Below, piece after piece: positions 32,752 through 41,435 of a stretch of 64,000 nucleotides of DNA. The translations under genes were made by a program, and so were the position numbers. This DNA comes from a virus, in IMG/VR virus record IMGVR_UViG_3300029258_001212, positions 89,541 to 153,540 of that record. The stretch is one strand, 5' to 3'. Below the pieces are notes generated by a model. The model ran no database searches and was not told where the DNA came from. It was given only the letters and a program-made list of their open reading frames with translations. Within the stretch, counting starts at the first letter, position 1, and each line of letters opens with the position of its first letter.

Positions 32752-33798
32752 ATGTCGGTAGCAGCGGTATTCGCCAAGAAAAAACCGGAGCTCGAGCAAG
32801 CCCGGTCAGCCTACACGAACCAAGGGGTGCCAGAGTGGCTCATGGGCGAGCTCACCTCGGTGCGGGAGAAGCCTCCGCTCAAGCCGGACTCCTGGGTGAC
32901 GGCTTCCGGACTGGGGCGCCTGTGCCCTCGGTACGAGACCCTCCGGGCAGTTCACGAGATCACGATCCAGGACACCACCACCGGTGTGATGCAGTGGACC
33001 TTTGACGTGGGCAACGCCTACCACGATATGTACCGGGAGCACTACATGGGCCCGCGTGGCGCTTACCTGGGGCGCTGGCGCTGTTTGCGGTGCGGGTGGA
33101 ACACGGACCAGGGAGTTGAGAAGCCCCTCGACTGGGGAGAGCACGGGATCCCACAGCCGGCCAAGGCGCCCCTCAAGCCCACCAGCTATATGCCGGAGGG
33201 CGACTTCCCGAGCGAGGAGCACATCCTCCTGGCGAAGATGCCCGAGCGGTGTCCGAATTGCGGCGGCAAGCGCGCGTTTCCCGACTGGACGGCCAGCGGG
33301 CGCGAGGTGGACGGCCACCAGCGGGCCATCGTGTACCACGAGTGGCTCCTCACCAATGAGGAGTACCGGGTACGGGTGATGCCTGACGGATGGCGCCAGT
33401 CCTTGAGCACCGAGAAGATCCTATTCCAGGAGCTCAAGTCCATCAGCCCGAACGGCTACAAGAAGATCAAGTCCAGCGGCGCGGCCAAGCCGGAGCACGT
33501 TGTTCAGACCCAGGCGGGCCTCTGGCTCTCCGGTTGGGACATTGGCGAGATCGTCTACTTCTGCAAGGCGCCGATCTGGCGGTTCCCTGACGGCTGGAAG
33601 CCGGAGGACTTCTTTCACCAGGTGGTGGTGCGTTACGATGAGGGCACCCTCGAGGCCACGGTCTGGGGCCCGGTCACCGAGATGCGCGAAGCTCTCAAGG
33701 CCGGCACGGTCACGAAGCGGATCTGCGTCAACACGGAGGTGCCCCGGGCCAAGGACTGTGACCTGTGCCAGCTTTGCTTCAAGGAGCCGAATGGATGA
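32752..33798 (+). CDS. Cas4-like PD-(D/E)xK exonuclease
   Basis: ASGL..LCPR, G...H, PDG...QELKS, QTQAGL, C-terminal C......C..C...C. Confidence 0.8.
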   Translation: MSVAAVFAKKKPELEQARSAYTNQGVPEWLMGELTSVREKPPLKPDSWVTASGLGRLCPRYETLRAVHEITIQDTTTGVMQWTFDVGNAYHDMYREHYMGPRGAYLGRWRCLRCGWNTDQGVEKPLDWGEHGIPQPAKAPLKPTSYMPEGDFPSEEHILLAKMPERCPNCGGKRAFPDWTASGREVDGHQRAIVYHEWLLTNEEYRVRVMPDGWRQSLSTEKILFQELKSISPNGYKKIKSSGAAKPEHVVQTQAGLWLSGWDIGEIVYFCKAPIWRFPDGWKPEDFFHQVVVRYDEGTLEATVWGPVTEMREALKAGTVTKRICVNTEVPRAKDCDLCQLCFKEPNG

Positions 33799-34160
33799 AC
33801 ATCCCGAACGTGAGACCACTGCACGGCTACGTGATGCTCAAGTTCTACCCGGATCAGGAGTTCCCATTGGATCCAAGCTCCGGGCTGTACCTGGCCAGAG
33901 CTCCGCACCAGAAAGCCGTCTGGCGCATCGGGAAGGTGATCGCCATTGGCGATGGCATTCCGGCCAAGAAAGGCGACAAGGTGACGCCACACGAGCTCAA
34001 GGTGGGGGACTTCGTGGTTACAGACCACATCTTCGGGGCGGTGGTGTACGATGGGAAGAACGTGGAGCACCTGGAGATTCGCGTGCTGTCCGTGGATCAG
34101 ATTGAAGGCGTCCTGGAGGGCGTCACCGAGGAGGCGGCAAAGGTGCTGGACATAGGATGA
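33795..34160 (+). CDS. groES: GroES-like co-chaperonin
   Basis: VRPLHGYV, SSGLYL, GKVIAIGDG, LKVGD.V, IEGVL. Confidence 0.82.
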   Translation: MNIPNVRPLHGYVMLKFYPDQEFPLDPSSGLYLARAPHQKAVWRIGKVIAIGDGIPAKKGDKVTPHELKVGDFVVTDHIFGAVVYDGKNVEHLEIRVLSVDQIEGVLEGVTEEAAKVLDIG

Positions 34161-34741
34161 TCTCGGTACTCGGTGCAGATCTGGCTCAACGCCACAGCGG
34201 CTTCTGTTTCATCCCAGGTGGGTGGGACGGTCGTTTCGAGTCCTTGGTGACGGACTTCTGTGAGTACGGCGCCAAGGGGCGCATCGAAGATTCCACGGCC
34301 ATCGAAATCATGCTCACTGCGGCCAGGACGGCCGTGAACCTCGCCAGGCGCACGAAGCCAGATGAGATTGTGGTGGAGGAGTACGCCTACCGCGCCAAGG
34401 GTAACGCCGTACATCGCCAGGCGGAGATCGGTGGAGTAGTCCGGTCCCAGCTCCGCCTGGCTGTTGGCATTGCGGCCGGACTGGTTCCGATGGGCACGGC
34501 CAGATCGTTCCTGATCGGCGGCTCCCTCCGCGGCAAGCGGAAGGCGGACAAGAAGAACGGCGTGAAGCCCCTCGAGAAGAAAGACCAGATCCTCGCGTTC
34601 CTGGCCAATCGTGGATTCTCATTCCCCACGGATGACGTGTCCGATGCCTTCGTGGTGGGGTACTATCACTATTGCCAGCGGAATGGCCTGGATTGCATGT
34701 TCGATCCGATTCTGGAGAGCGAGCAAGTAGTGAAGCTGTGA
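34157..34741 (+). CDS. ruvC: RuvC-like resolvase
   Basis: VLGADL...SG, IVVEEY, AEIGGV, DDVSDA. Confidence 0.85.
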   Translation: MISVLGADLAQRHSGFCFIPGGWDGRFESLVTDFCEYGAKGRIEDSTAIEIMLTAARTAVNLARRTKPDEIVVEEYAYRAKGNAVHRQAEIGGVVRSQLRLAVGIAAGLVPMGTARSFLIGGSLRGKRKADKKNGVKPLEKKDQILAFLANRGFSFPTDDVSDAFVVGYYHYCQRNGLDCMFDPILESEQVVKL

Positions 34742-34744
34742 ACC

Positions 34745-35083
34745 ATGATGCCCAACCCCGCCAACACCTGGAACGGTATCGGCCGCGTGGCCCAGGATAT
34801 TCGCTTCGGTCGGACCGGAGAGGGACAGCGCGTGTGCTCGTTCCAGGTGACTACCACCAGCCGGGGAGACCGGCTCACCTGGGTGCGGATCAACGTCTAC
34901 GATCAGGAGCTGGTGAAGTACGTCAAGCGCCGGATCGTGAAGGGGGCGACAGTGCAGGTGGAGGGCGAGCTGATGAACCGCAACAAGGGCGGACGCAATG
35001 GTCCCCAGCTCACCGAGGTGAGGGCCTTTTCAATCGAACCGACAGACGATGAGGGAGCCGATGGTAGCCGCAACCGAGAATGA
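34745..35083 (+). CDS. ssb: Bacterial-type SSB (OB fold)
   Basis: N...IGR..D, F.V.T, W..INV, KGA.V.VEGEL. Confidence 0.85.
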   Translation: MMPNPANTWNGIGRVAQDIRFGRTGEGQRVCSFQVTTTSRGDRLTWVRINVYDQELVKYVKRRIVKGATVQVEGELMNRNKGGRNGPQLTEVRAFSIEPTDDEGADGSRNRE

Positions 35084-35831
35084 CCTGCAAGTAGTGGACG
35101 GCCAGGCGCCGATCACTGATGACGTGAACGAAATCCGTGAGCACCTACAGGAGCTCAAGGGGCGCTTCACCCGTACCTACTTCGAGTTCGGGGAGGTGCT
35201 CCAGAGGGCTTACGAGCTCGGGGCCCATAAGACATGGGGATTCCCCACTTGGAAGGAGTACGTGGAGGAGGAGCTCGGCATGTCCGAGCGCCGTTGCCAG
35301 TACCTCCTGTCCATTCACAAGTGGTTCAACAAGGTGCTCAAGGACCACCCGCACGTGCGCCAGCGCGTGGAGCACCTGGGCTGGTCGAAGGTCCGGCTCC
35401 TGGTGGGCGTGGTGGACGAGACCAACGTGGACGAGTGGGTGGCCCGGGCGGAGAAGATGACCCTGGCGGCGCTCCAGGAGTTTATCAAGGAGCTCAAGGC
35501 CGGCAAGACACCGAGCGATGAAACCGAGAAGCTCACCACGCTTTCGATCAAGCTCTACCCCGAGCAGGTGGCCAACGTGGAGGACGCCCTGGAGCTCGCC
35601 AAGGAGATCGCGGAGAGCGACAAGCGCGGCCACCTGATCGATCTGATCTGCACGACGTTCAAGGCGGACCACGTGTTCTCTTCGAGCCCAGGCACGAAGA
35701 TGAGCGAGCTCTACATCGCCAAGATCGAGAAGATCATGGGGGTGCGCCTGGTGGTGGTGGACGAGGCATCCCGCAAGGTCAAGTACGGCCTGGATGTGCT
35801 CGAGCGACTGGCGGAGGAACCGAAGGAGTAA
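35061..35831 (+). CDS. Hypothetical DNA-binding protein (paralog of 56606)
   Basis: FGEVL...WGFPTWKEYVEEELG. Confidence 0.7.
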   Translation: MVAATENDLQVVDGQAPITDDVNEIREHLQELKGRFTRTYFEFGEVLQRAYELGAHKTWGFPTWKEYVEEELGMSERRCQYLLSIHKWFNKVLKDHPHVRQRVEHLGWSKVRLLVGVVDETNVDEWVARAEKMTLAALQEFIKELKAGKTPSDETEKLTTLSIKLYPEQVANVEDALELAKEIAESDKRGHLIDLICTTFKADHVFSSSPGTKMSELYIAKIEKIMGVRLVVVDEASRKVKYGLDVLERLAEEPKE

Positions 35832-35843
35832 GAGGAGCCGGTG

Positions 35844-36252
35844 CCCATCCTGTGCAGCATTGGAGCTGCAAAGGAGGCAGAGATGGATAGTCTTAGCGTT
35901 GGATGCCAGGTGATCTACACGGATGAACACTTCAAGGACCACCACGCCCTGGTGACGGCCATCTGGGCAGCGTCACATGAGCACCTGGTTCAGGGGAGCG
36001 ACGAGGTGAAACACACCTGCGTGAACCTGGTCTACGTGTCCGGTGACGACACCAAGGACGATCCCTACGGACGGCAGATCGAACGGAACACATCGGTGGT
36101 CCATTCGAGCGTGCAGCCGGCGGGGGGTGCGTGCTGGAGGTTCCCCAGTGAGCCACGGCCCAAGATGGGCGTGGTGAGCAAGTAGCCCGGCGGCCGGTGA
36201 CTGGTGCCGAAGAGGTGCCTGCCCCACTGGTTCCAATGCTGCACAGGATGGG
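35844..36252. repeat. Perfect 21-bp inverted repeat flanking one gene
   Basis: CCCATCCTGTGCAGCATTGGA (35844-35864) and TCCAATGCTGCACAGGATGGG (36232-36252). Confidence 0.9.
35883..36185 (+). CDS. Hypothetical protein (SH3-like)
   Basis: AAGGAGG SD; VG..V.Y...ALVT..W...VNLVYV..TSV.H..W. Confidence 0.7.
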   Translation: MDSLSVGCQVIYTDEHFKDHHALVTAIWAASHEHLVQGSDEVKHTCVNLVYVSGDDTKDDPYGRQIERNTSVVHSSVQPAGGACWRFPSEPRPKMGVVSK

Positions 36253-36323
36253 ACACCCTCTTGACTCTTTTCTCCTAGTAAGGGTAGATAAGGTTAAGTA
36301 AGCAGAAGCAACGTCTGTGCCAA
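36251..36323. promoter_or_regulatory. Dispersed 72-bp element, copy 4
   Basis: TTGACT(36261)-22 bp-TAAGGT(36289); reverse complement of 36307-36323 is TTGGCACAGACGTTGCT. Confidence 0.85.
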
Positions 36324-36356
36324 TCTGCGATTTGAACCTCTGGAAGGGAGGCCCTG

Positions 36357-37250
36357 ATGAGCAAGAACATTCCCCTCAACAAGATCGACACCGAGCGATT
36401 CCCGAATCCGCGGGGACAGCTCGACCCGTCCAGCATTGCCAAGCTGGCGGCTTCTATCGACAGCCATTCCCAGCTCCAGCCCATCGTGGTGAGCGGAGGG
36501 AACACGTCCGATGGGCGCTACTACCTGGTGTGCGGCTTTCGCCGGTACGCGGCCCACAAGCTCCTGGGTCGCACGACGATCCCCGCCGTGGTGAAGCGCA
36601 TTCCCGTGGCCCAGGTGCCCGTGGTGCAGCTCATTGAAAACGTGGACCGCGAGCCGCTCCCCCTCCTGGACGAGTGCGGCGCCCTGGCCAGAATCAGGGA
36701 TTCAGGAACGCTCGGTGCCAAGGACCTGGCGGAGCTGTACGGTCGCTCCCAGAGCTACATCACCCAGCGGATCAGCATTCACCGGCTCCCGGACGAGATC
36801 AAGGAAGCCTTCCTGGACGGCAAGATCCAATTCTCGGACCTGCGAGACCTGTCCGGCGTGAAGGCAGATGAAGGCAAGACCCGCGAGGAGGCCCAGATCG
36901 CAGCCTTCCGCAAGGCCCTCGAGGCGGATGCCTCCGCGCCCGAGCCCGCGAGCTCGCGCAAGAAGCCGAGCAGGTCCAAGCGCAAGGCGGCCACGCGCAA
37001 GGCCGTTCGCCAGAGCACACGTCAGGCCAAGAAGCCGGAGCGCCGGGCAGCTTCGGAGCGGACGGGCGAGAAGCCCGGGCGGAAGGCCATGGAGGGCACC
37101 ACCGAGGAGCGCCTCGAGGCCCTCACCCAGCGCATCGAAGGCGAGATCGCCAAGGAGATCGGAGCGAGCAAGCTGTCCCCGAAGGCGTCCGATGCGGTGC
37201 AGCGTGCGATCACCAAGCTCCACCAGGAGCGCCTCCTGGTACTGCCCTGA
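36357..37250 (+). CDS. parB: ParB/Spo0J-family protein
   Basis: NPR, LAASI...QLQPIVV, GFRRY.A, LIENVDR, HTH GRSQSYIT. Confidence 0.88.
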   Translation: MSKNIPLNKIDTERFPNPRGQLDPSSIAKLAASIDSHSQLQPIVVSGGNTSDGRYYLVCGFRRYAAHKLLGRTTIPAVVKRIPVAQVPVVQLIENVDREPLPLLDECGALARIRDSGTLGAKDLAELYGRSQSYITQRISIHRLPDEIKEAFLDGKIQFSDLRDLSGVKADEGKTREEAQIAAFRKALEADASAPEPASSRKKPSRSKRKAATRKAVRQSTRQAKKPERRAASERTGEKPGRKAMEGTTEERLEALTQRIEGEIAKEIGASKLSPKASDAVQRAITKLHQERLLVLP

Positions 37251-37720
37251 TGCCAGGCCCGAACACATCCAAGCGGTGGAAGGCCGTTCGCAAGCGGTTG
37301 GCCAAGGCCAGTGACGCCCAGGGTGTGCTCGAGGCCCTGTCAACCAACGGGGCCGGGGACGGGCGCGTGGAGGACCTGTGGCTGGACGCTACGGATGAGC
37401 TCTGGGATAAACACATCCTCCCGATGACCCTCCGCGAGCTCGCTGCGGCCGTGGCGCAGTCCGATGGCGTGAAGGTGCAGCTCGACCGCGGCAAGGTGCG
37501 CCAGAAGCGGGCCAGCCGGATGAAGCCAGCGGAGATCGCGGAGGCGTCCGAGAAGATCGTGGCCGTGGTGAAGGAAAGGCCAGGTTGCGCGTGTTCGGAG
37601 ATTGCCGAGCGGATCGGCCTGGATCGCACCAGGACAGGCAAGCTCCTGGGCAAGCTCCACGATGCTGGCGAGCTTCGCAGAGAGGGTGAGCGCGGGGGCG
37701 CAGTGTACTTTCCGGCCTGA
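37250..37720 (+). CDS. Protein with C-terminal winged HTH
   Basis: PG...SEIAERIGL...L.KL...G.L.R.G....YF. Confidence 0.7.
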   Translation: MPGPNTSKRWKAVRKRLAKASDAQGVLEALSTNGAGDGRVEDLWLDATDELWDKHILPMTLRELAAAVAQSDGVKVQLDRGKVRQKRASRMKPAEIAEASEKIVAVVKERPGCACSEIAERIGLDRTRTGKLLGKLHDAGELRREGERGGAVYFPA

Positions 37721-37737
37721 TGCGGTAGGATCTACGG

Positions 37738-38421
37738 ATGCTGGTGAGCTGGCCAACATTTGAGCACGATTGCCCAGCGTGCGTGTTCCTGGGCTCGGAG
37801 GACCGCGTGGCGCCCAGGTGGCGCGGGTGGGGGTTCTCCACGGCCAGGTGGCGCGACTTCTACCTCTGCCGAGCTCACGGTGTGCCGGCCTACACGGCCA
37901 GGTTCGGCAACAGCCCGGGGGACTACGTGGCGGTGTCCAGCGAATCACTCGAGCGGTGGGACTTCCGCGAGTGGGCAGCGATGGCCCGCGAGGAGACCGA
38001 AGATCATGCGGTGCCACTGAATGCTCTGTACCGGCTCCACCGGGACGGCGCCCTTGAGCGAGGATTCACCGTGTACCCTCACTTCGATGCTCCGAACAGG
38101 CCCTACATCATGGTGTCCCCGGCGCTGGCACCACAGGAGCATGACGTGTTGCACACGGTGGTGCTCCACGTGACAAACGGCTATTCCAGGTTCGGCAGCG
38201 GTGCGCCGCTGGACGATGATGCGACGGACAAGCTCGCTGGACGGGTGCTGGTCGTGGTGAGGGAGGTGGCGAACAAGCTGGGAGCGGTCACCAGGTGGAA
38301 CCGATGGGGCCGTGACGTGGTGAATGCTGAAACAAGGTGTAGTGCTCACGCTGACGGTGTTGACCATGGCGGCTGCCCTGGCCCCGGTGGTCTGGATCAT
38401 GATTCAGGACGTTTCTCCTGA
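37738..38421 (+). CDS. Hypothetical protein (paralog of 50959)
   Basis: HDCPACVFLG...DFY.C...YTARFG..GDY. Confidence 0.6.
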   Translation: MLVSWPTFEHDCPACVFLGSEDRVAPRWRGWGFSTARWRDFYLCRAHGVPAYTARFGNSPGDYVAVSSESLERWDFREWAAMAREETEDHAVPLNALYRLHRDGALERGFTVYPHFDAPNRPYIMVSPALAPQEHDVLHTVVLHVTNGYSRFGSGAPLDDDATDKLAGRVLVVVREVANKLGAVTRWNRWGRDVVNAETRCSAHADGVDHGGCPGPGGLDHDSGRFS

Positions 38422-38443
38422 TGAAATGGACGATGAGCTGTGA
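38324..38443 (+). CDS. Small single-TM protein (39 aa, not in ORF track)
   Basis: MLKQGVVLTLTVLTMAAALAPVVWIMIQDVSPDEMDDEL. Confidence 0.4.
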   Translation: MLKQGVVLTLTVLTMAAALAPVVWIMIQDVSPDEMDDEL

Positions 38444-38529
38444 GCCGAATTCTGTGCAACGCGAGCGGCGTATTCGCCCTGATGTTCATGGCGTGGTACG
38501 CAGTAAAGATGAGCGGATGCCTCCCCTGA
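38440..38529 (+). CDS. Small hydrophobic peptide (29 aa, not in ORF track)
   Basis: GTGA overlap; MSRILCNASGVFALMFMAWYAVKMSGCLP. Confidence 0.35.
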   Translation: MSRILCNASGVFALMFMAWYAVKMSGCLP

Positions 38530-38551
38530 GCTCCGCAGATTGGAGGGCGCA

Positions 38552-39577
38552 ATGCCTACGATTGAGGTGTCGGACTTCAAACCCATCCTGGTGATCTACC
38601 ACGCGCCCCCGTGCAACGATGGGTGGACGGCGGCGCTGATCGCCTGGCACGTGCTGGGAGACACGGCCGAGTACGTGCCCATGCACTACCAGAGCGATCC
38701 CCCGGACCCGACCGGGCGCCAGGTGCTGATGTTCGATTTCAGCATGAAGCGGGAGGCCATGCAGGAGTTCGCCGCGCGGGCGGACAGCATCGCCGTGTAC
38801 GATCATCACCAGTCGGCCCAGGAGGAGCTGGTGGGGCTCGCCTACGCTTCGTTCAATATGGACAAGTGCGGGGCACGGATGGCCCTGGAGCACTTCCAGG
38901 CGATGCTCCTGGGCACCGAGGACGAGGGGGTGCTGGACCACCTCGAGACGCTGGTGGCCTACGTGGAGGACCGCGATCTGTGGCGCTGGCAGCTTCCGCT
39001 GTCCAAGGAGGTGAGCCAGGTGCTCGCCACCACCACCAAGGACTTCCGGACGTGGCAGGACCTGGCGTGGCAGGTGCGTCAGGTGCGCCACTACGCGGAG
39101 CACCGGGAGGCCGTTGCGGCTGGCCTGGCGCGGAGCCACATGGAGAAGCCCCCGATGGTGGTGGCCGGGGAAGCAATGATCCGCAAGCTGGACTCGGACG
39201 TGAGCTTCCTCGCGCGCAAGGCCCAGGTGATGGAGTTCAATGGTCACCGGGTGGCCGTGGTGAACGCTCCCATCTTCCAGAGCGAGGTAGCCGGGCACCT
39301 GGCCACGGCGCCGGGCATCGACTACGGCATGGCGTGGTGGCATGGCGGCTCGGACTCCCAGTACCACTACTCTCTGCGTTCCCGGGGCGATGGCGGCGTG
39401 GAGGGGGCGGCACAGGTGGACGTGGCCAAGGTAGCGGAGCAGTTCGGTGGCGGCGGCCACAAGGCGGCCAGCGGCTTCTCGAATCACCTGCCCCCGTGGC
39501 GCCTGGACCGCGAGGGGGACGAGGCGGAGCTCGAGCCCATGCCCGAGTACATGCGGCGGATGGTTCCAGAGGAGTAG
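38552..39577 (+). CDS. DHH/DHHA1 phosphoesterase
   Basis: YH..C.DG, DFS, YDHH, DRDLW, SLRS, GGGGH..ASG. Confidence 0.92.
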   Translation: MPTIEVSDFKPILVIYHAPPCNDGWTAALIAWHVLGDTAEYVPMHYQSDPPDPTGRQVLMFDFSMKREAMQEFAARADSIAVYDHHQSAQEELVGLAYASFNMDKCGARMALEHFQAMLLGTEDEGVLDHLETLVAYVEDRDLWRWQLPLSKEVSQVLATTTKDFRTWQDLAWQVRQVRHYAEHREAVAAGLARSHMEKPPMVVAGEAMIRKLDSDVSFLARKAQVMEFNGHRVAVVNAPIFQSEVAGHLATAPGIDYGMAWWHGGSDSQYHYSLRSRGDGGVEGAAQVDVAKVAEQFGGGGHKAASGFSNHLPPWRLDREGDEAELEPMPEYMRRMVPEE

Positions 39578-39580
39578 ACG

Positions 39581-39994
39581 ATGCGAATTCACAATCCGCG
39601 CCAGTTCGGAATCTACCTGATGCGGCGGCGCAAGGCGGCTGGGATCAACCTTCAGGTGCTGGCCCAGAAGCTCGAGATTCACCCCAAGATCATCGGGGCT
39701 ATCGAACAGGGCATCGGTGGCCAGGAGATTGACGATGATCTCCTGGACGAGCTGGTGGAGAACGTACCTGGATTCAGCTTGGCCCTCGCGGCCGGCGTGA
39801 GTCCGCCACCCACGCCTGTGCGAAAGCTCGAGGGGCGTGAGGGGCCCAAGGCGGCCCCGATGTCAGCGGCCAACATGCGGCCGTCTGCACCTCCGGCTCC
39901 GGCCCGGGTGCCCAAGCCGAAGCCACCTCGAGCCATCCCCACCGAGGAGCAGCTCGGCAACTTCGTGGACCGGGAGCTCCAAAAGGACCAGTAA
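39581..39994 (+). CDS. XRE-family HTH protein
   Basis: FG.YL.RRR..AG....LA..L......IE.G. Confidence 0.7.
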   Translation: MRIHNPRQFGIYLMRRRKAAGINLQVLAQKLEIHPKIIGAIEQGIGGQEIDDDLLDELVENVPGFSLALAAGVSPPPTPVRKLEGREGPKAAPMSAANMRPSAPPAPARVPKPKPPRAIPTEEQLGNFVDRELQKDQ

Positions 39995-40218
39995 GACCCA
40001 CTACGCTTGCCCCTTGGCGACTTGTGGTGCTCATTACAACTCGCCAAAAAAAATCATGTCCATGTCGTTTTTTTGGCCGAGTGAGATCACTCGACCGTAA
40101 TCACTAACATTTTTGATATTCAGTTGCAGGGCCAAACAGGGCTCAACCTGTGGGCGCAGCGGCGCAAGTGCGTGACACTACAGTAGTAAAGCAGTGTACT
40201 GGTAGACGTGTTGACGTG

Positions 40219-40248
40219 TTGACTTGTTTACACGGGTAGGGTATCACT
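40219..40248 (+). promoter_or_regulatory. Sigma70-like promoter after a 270-bp intergenic region
   Basis: TTGACT-17 bp-TATCAC(T); AGGAGG SD follows. Confidence 0.5.
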
Positions 40249-40265
40249 GGGGGTAGGAGGATCAC

Positions 40266-41423
40266 ATGGACAACACGACGCGCAACGAAATCAGCTACTT
40301 CGCTTCCGGCTCGAATCACGAGGGCGAGATTGCCGGTCTGGCCGACTGCGGCATGAACGTGGGCGTGGCGGTGGATCGCGTGAACGGCGCGTCCATGGCG
40401 GCTCTCAAGGCGCTCGCCGGAACGGGCACCAAGGTGTTCGTGGACTCCGGCGCTTTCTCCGAGATCGAGTTCCCCAAAAACGCTCCCCCTCGCGTTGCCA
40501 AGCCGATCACCCACAGCCAGTGGATCGAGCGCCTCGAGACCTACGTGGAGCTCGCCGCGCACCTCGGTTCGCAGCTCTACGTGGTGGCTCCCGACAAGGT
40601 GGCCTTCCAGTCCGAGACCCTCGAGCGGATGGCCCGCTACCGCCACTACATGCTGGCGTGCCGGGTGCTCGGTGCGAACGTCCTGGTGCCCCACCAGAAA
40701 GGCGAGCTCACCATGGCCCAGTTCGGTGAGGCGGCTGCCCAGGCGCTCGGCTTCTCGGACTGGCTCCCCGCCATCCCGATGAAAAAGGACGCCACCACCC
40801 AGGCGGAGCTGGTGGACTACCTCGAGACCGCGCAGCCCCACGCCGTCCACCTCCTCGGGCGCGGCCCCCAGAGCCCCGGCTGGGAGAAGCTGGTGAGGGC
40901 CGTGCGGACCCACAGCCCCTCCACCATCTTCTGTGACTCGGTGCTCGTCGCCTCGCTGGTGGGCCGCTCCAACGGCCGCGTGATGCCCGCCACGGGCACC
41001 AAGGGCCCCCGGGTGCTCACGGCTGCTTTCGACGCTGTGAACAGCGAGCTGGAAGAGGGCATGTGGAGCTCCACCGGCGGCCACGACTACACGGACCAGA
41101 TCTTCCTCGACGCCTCTGAGTGGGTGGCTGAGCTCACTGCGGCCCAGCGCACCGAGCTGGCAGAGGAGCTCACCCTGGTGGCCGGAGAGGCCCCCCAGGG
41201 CAACCTGGTGGACTGGCTCGAGGACAACGGCAACGACTACACGGACCAGGTGCTCGACCACTACTACCGCACCTGGGTGCTCGAGACGGGCGCGGTGGCC
41301 TGGCGGAAGCGCGATGCCATCAACCTGGCGCTCCGCGGCCAGCCCGCCCCCGAGCGCGAGCTCAACCTCAACACCACTACCCGCACCAAGCCCGTCCAGC
41401 TCACGCTGGCGCTGGCTGCCTAG
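40266..41423 (+). CDS. tRNA-guanine transglycosylase-fold (DpdA-like) protein
   Basis: FVDSGAFS, VAPD, VPHQ, VHLLG, FCDS in TGT motif order. Confidence 0.65.
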   Translation: MDNTTRNEISYFASGSNHEGEIAGLADCGMNVGVAVDRVNGASMAALKALAGTGTKVFVDSGAFSEIEFPKNAPPRVAKPITHSQWIERLETYVELAAHLGSQLYVVAPDKVAFQSETLERMARYRHYMLACRVLGANVLVPHQKGELTMAQFGEAAAQALGFSDWLPAIPMKKDATTQAELVDYLETAQPHAVHLLGRGPQSPGWEKLVRAVRTHSPSTIFCDSVLVASLVGRSNGRVMPATGTKGPRVLTAAFDAVNSELEEGMWSSTGGHDYTDQIFLDASEWVAELTAAQRTELAEELTLVAGEAPQGNLVDWLEDNGNDYTDQVLDHYYRTWVLETGAVAWRKRDAINLALRGQPAPERELNLNTTTRTKPVQLTLALAA

Positions 41424-41435
41424 CAGGAGGACCGG

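Noticed and set aside
32752-33798. CRISPR-Cas adaptation module
   Set aside because: Solo Cas4-like nuclease; no cas1/cas2 or array; common in phage recombination regions
40095-40126. IHF site
   Set aside because: WATCAA-N4-TTR spacing is off by one on both strands
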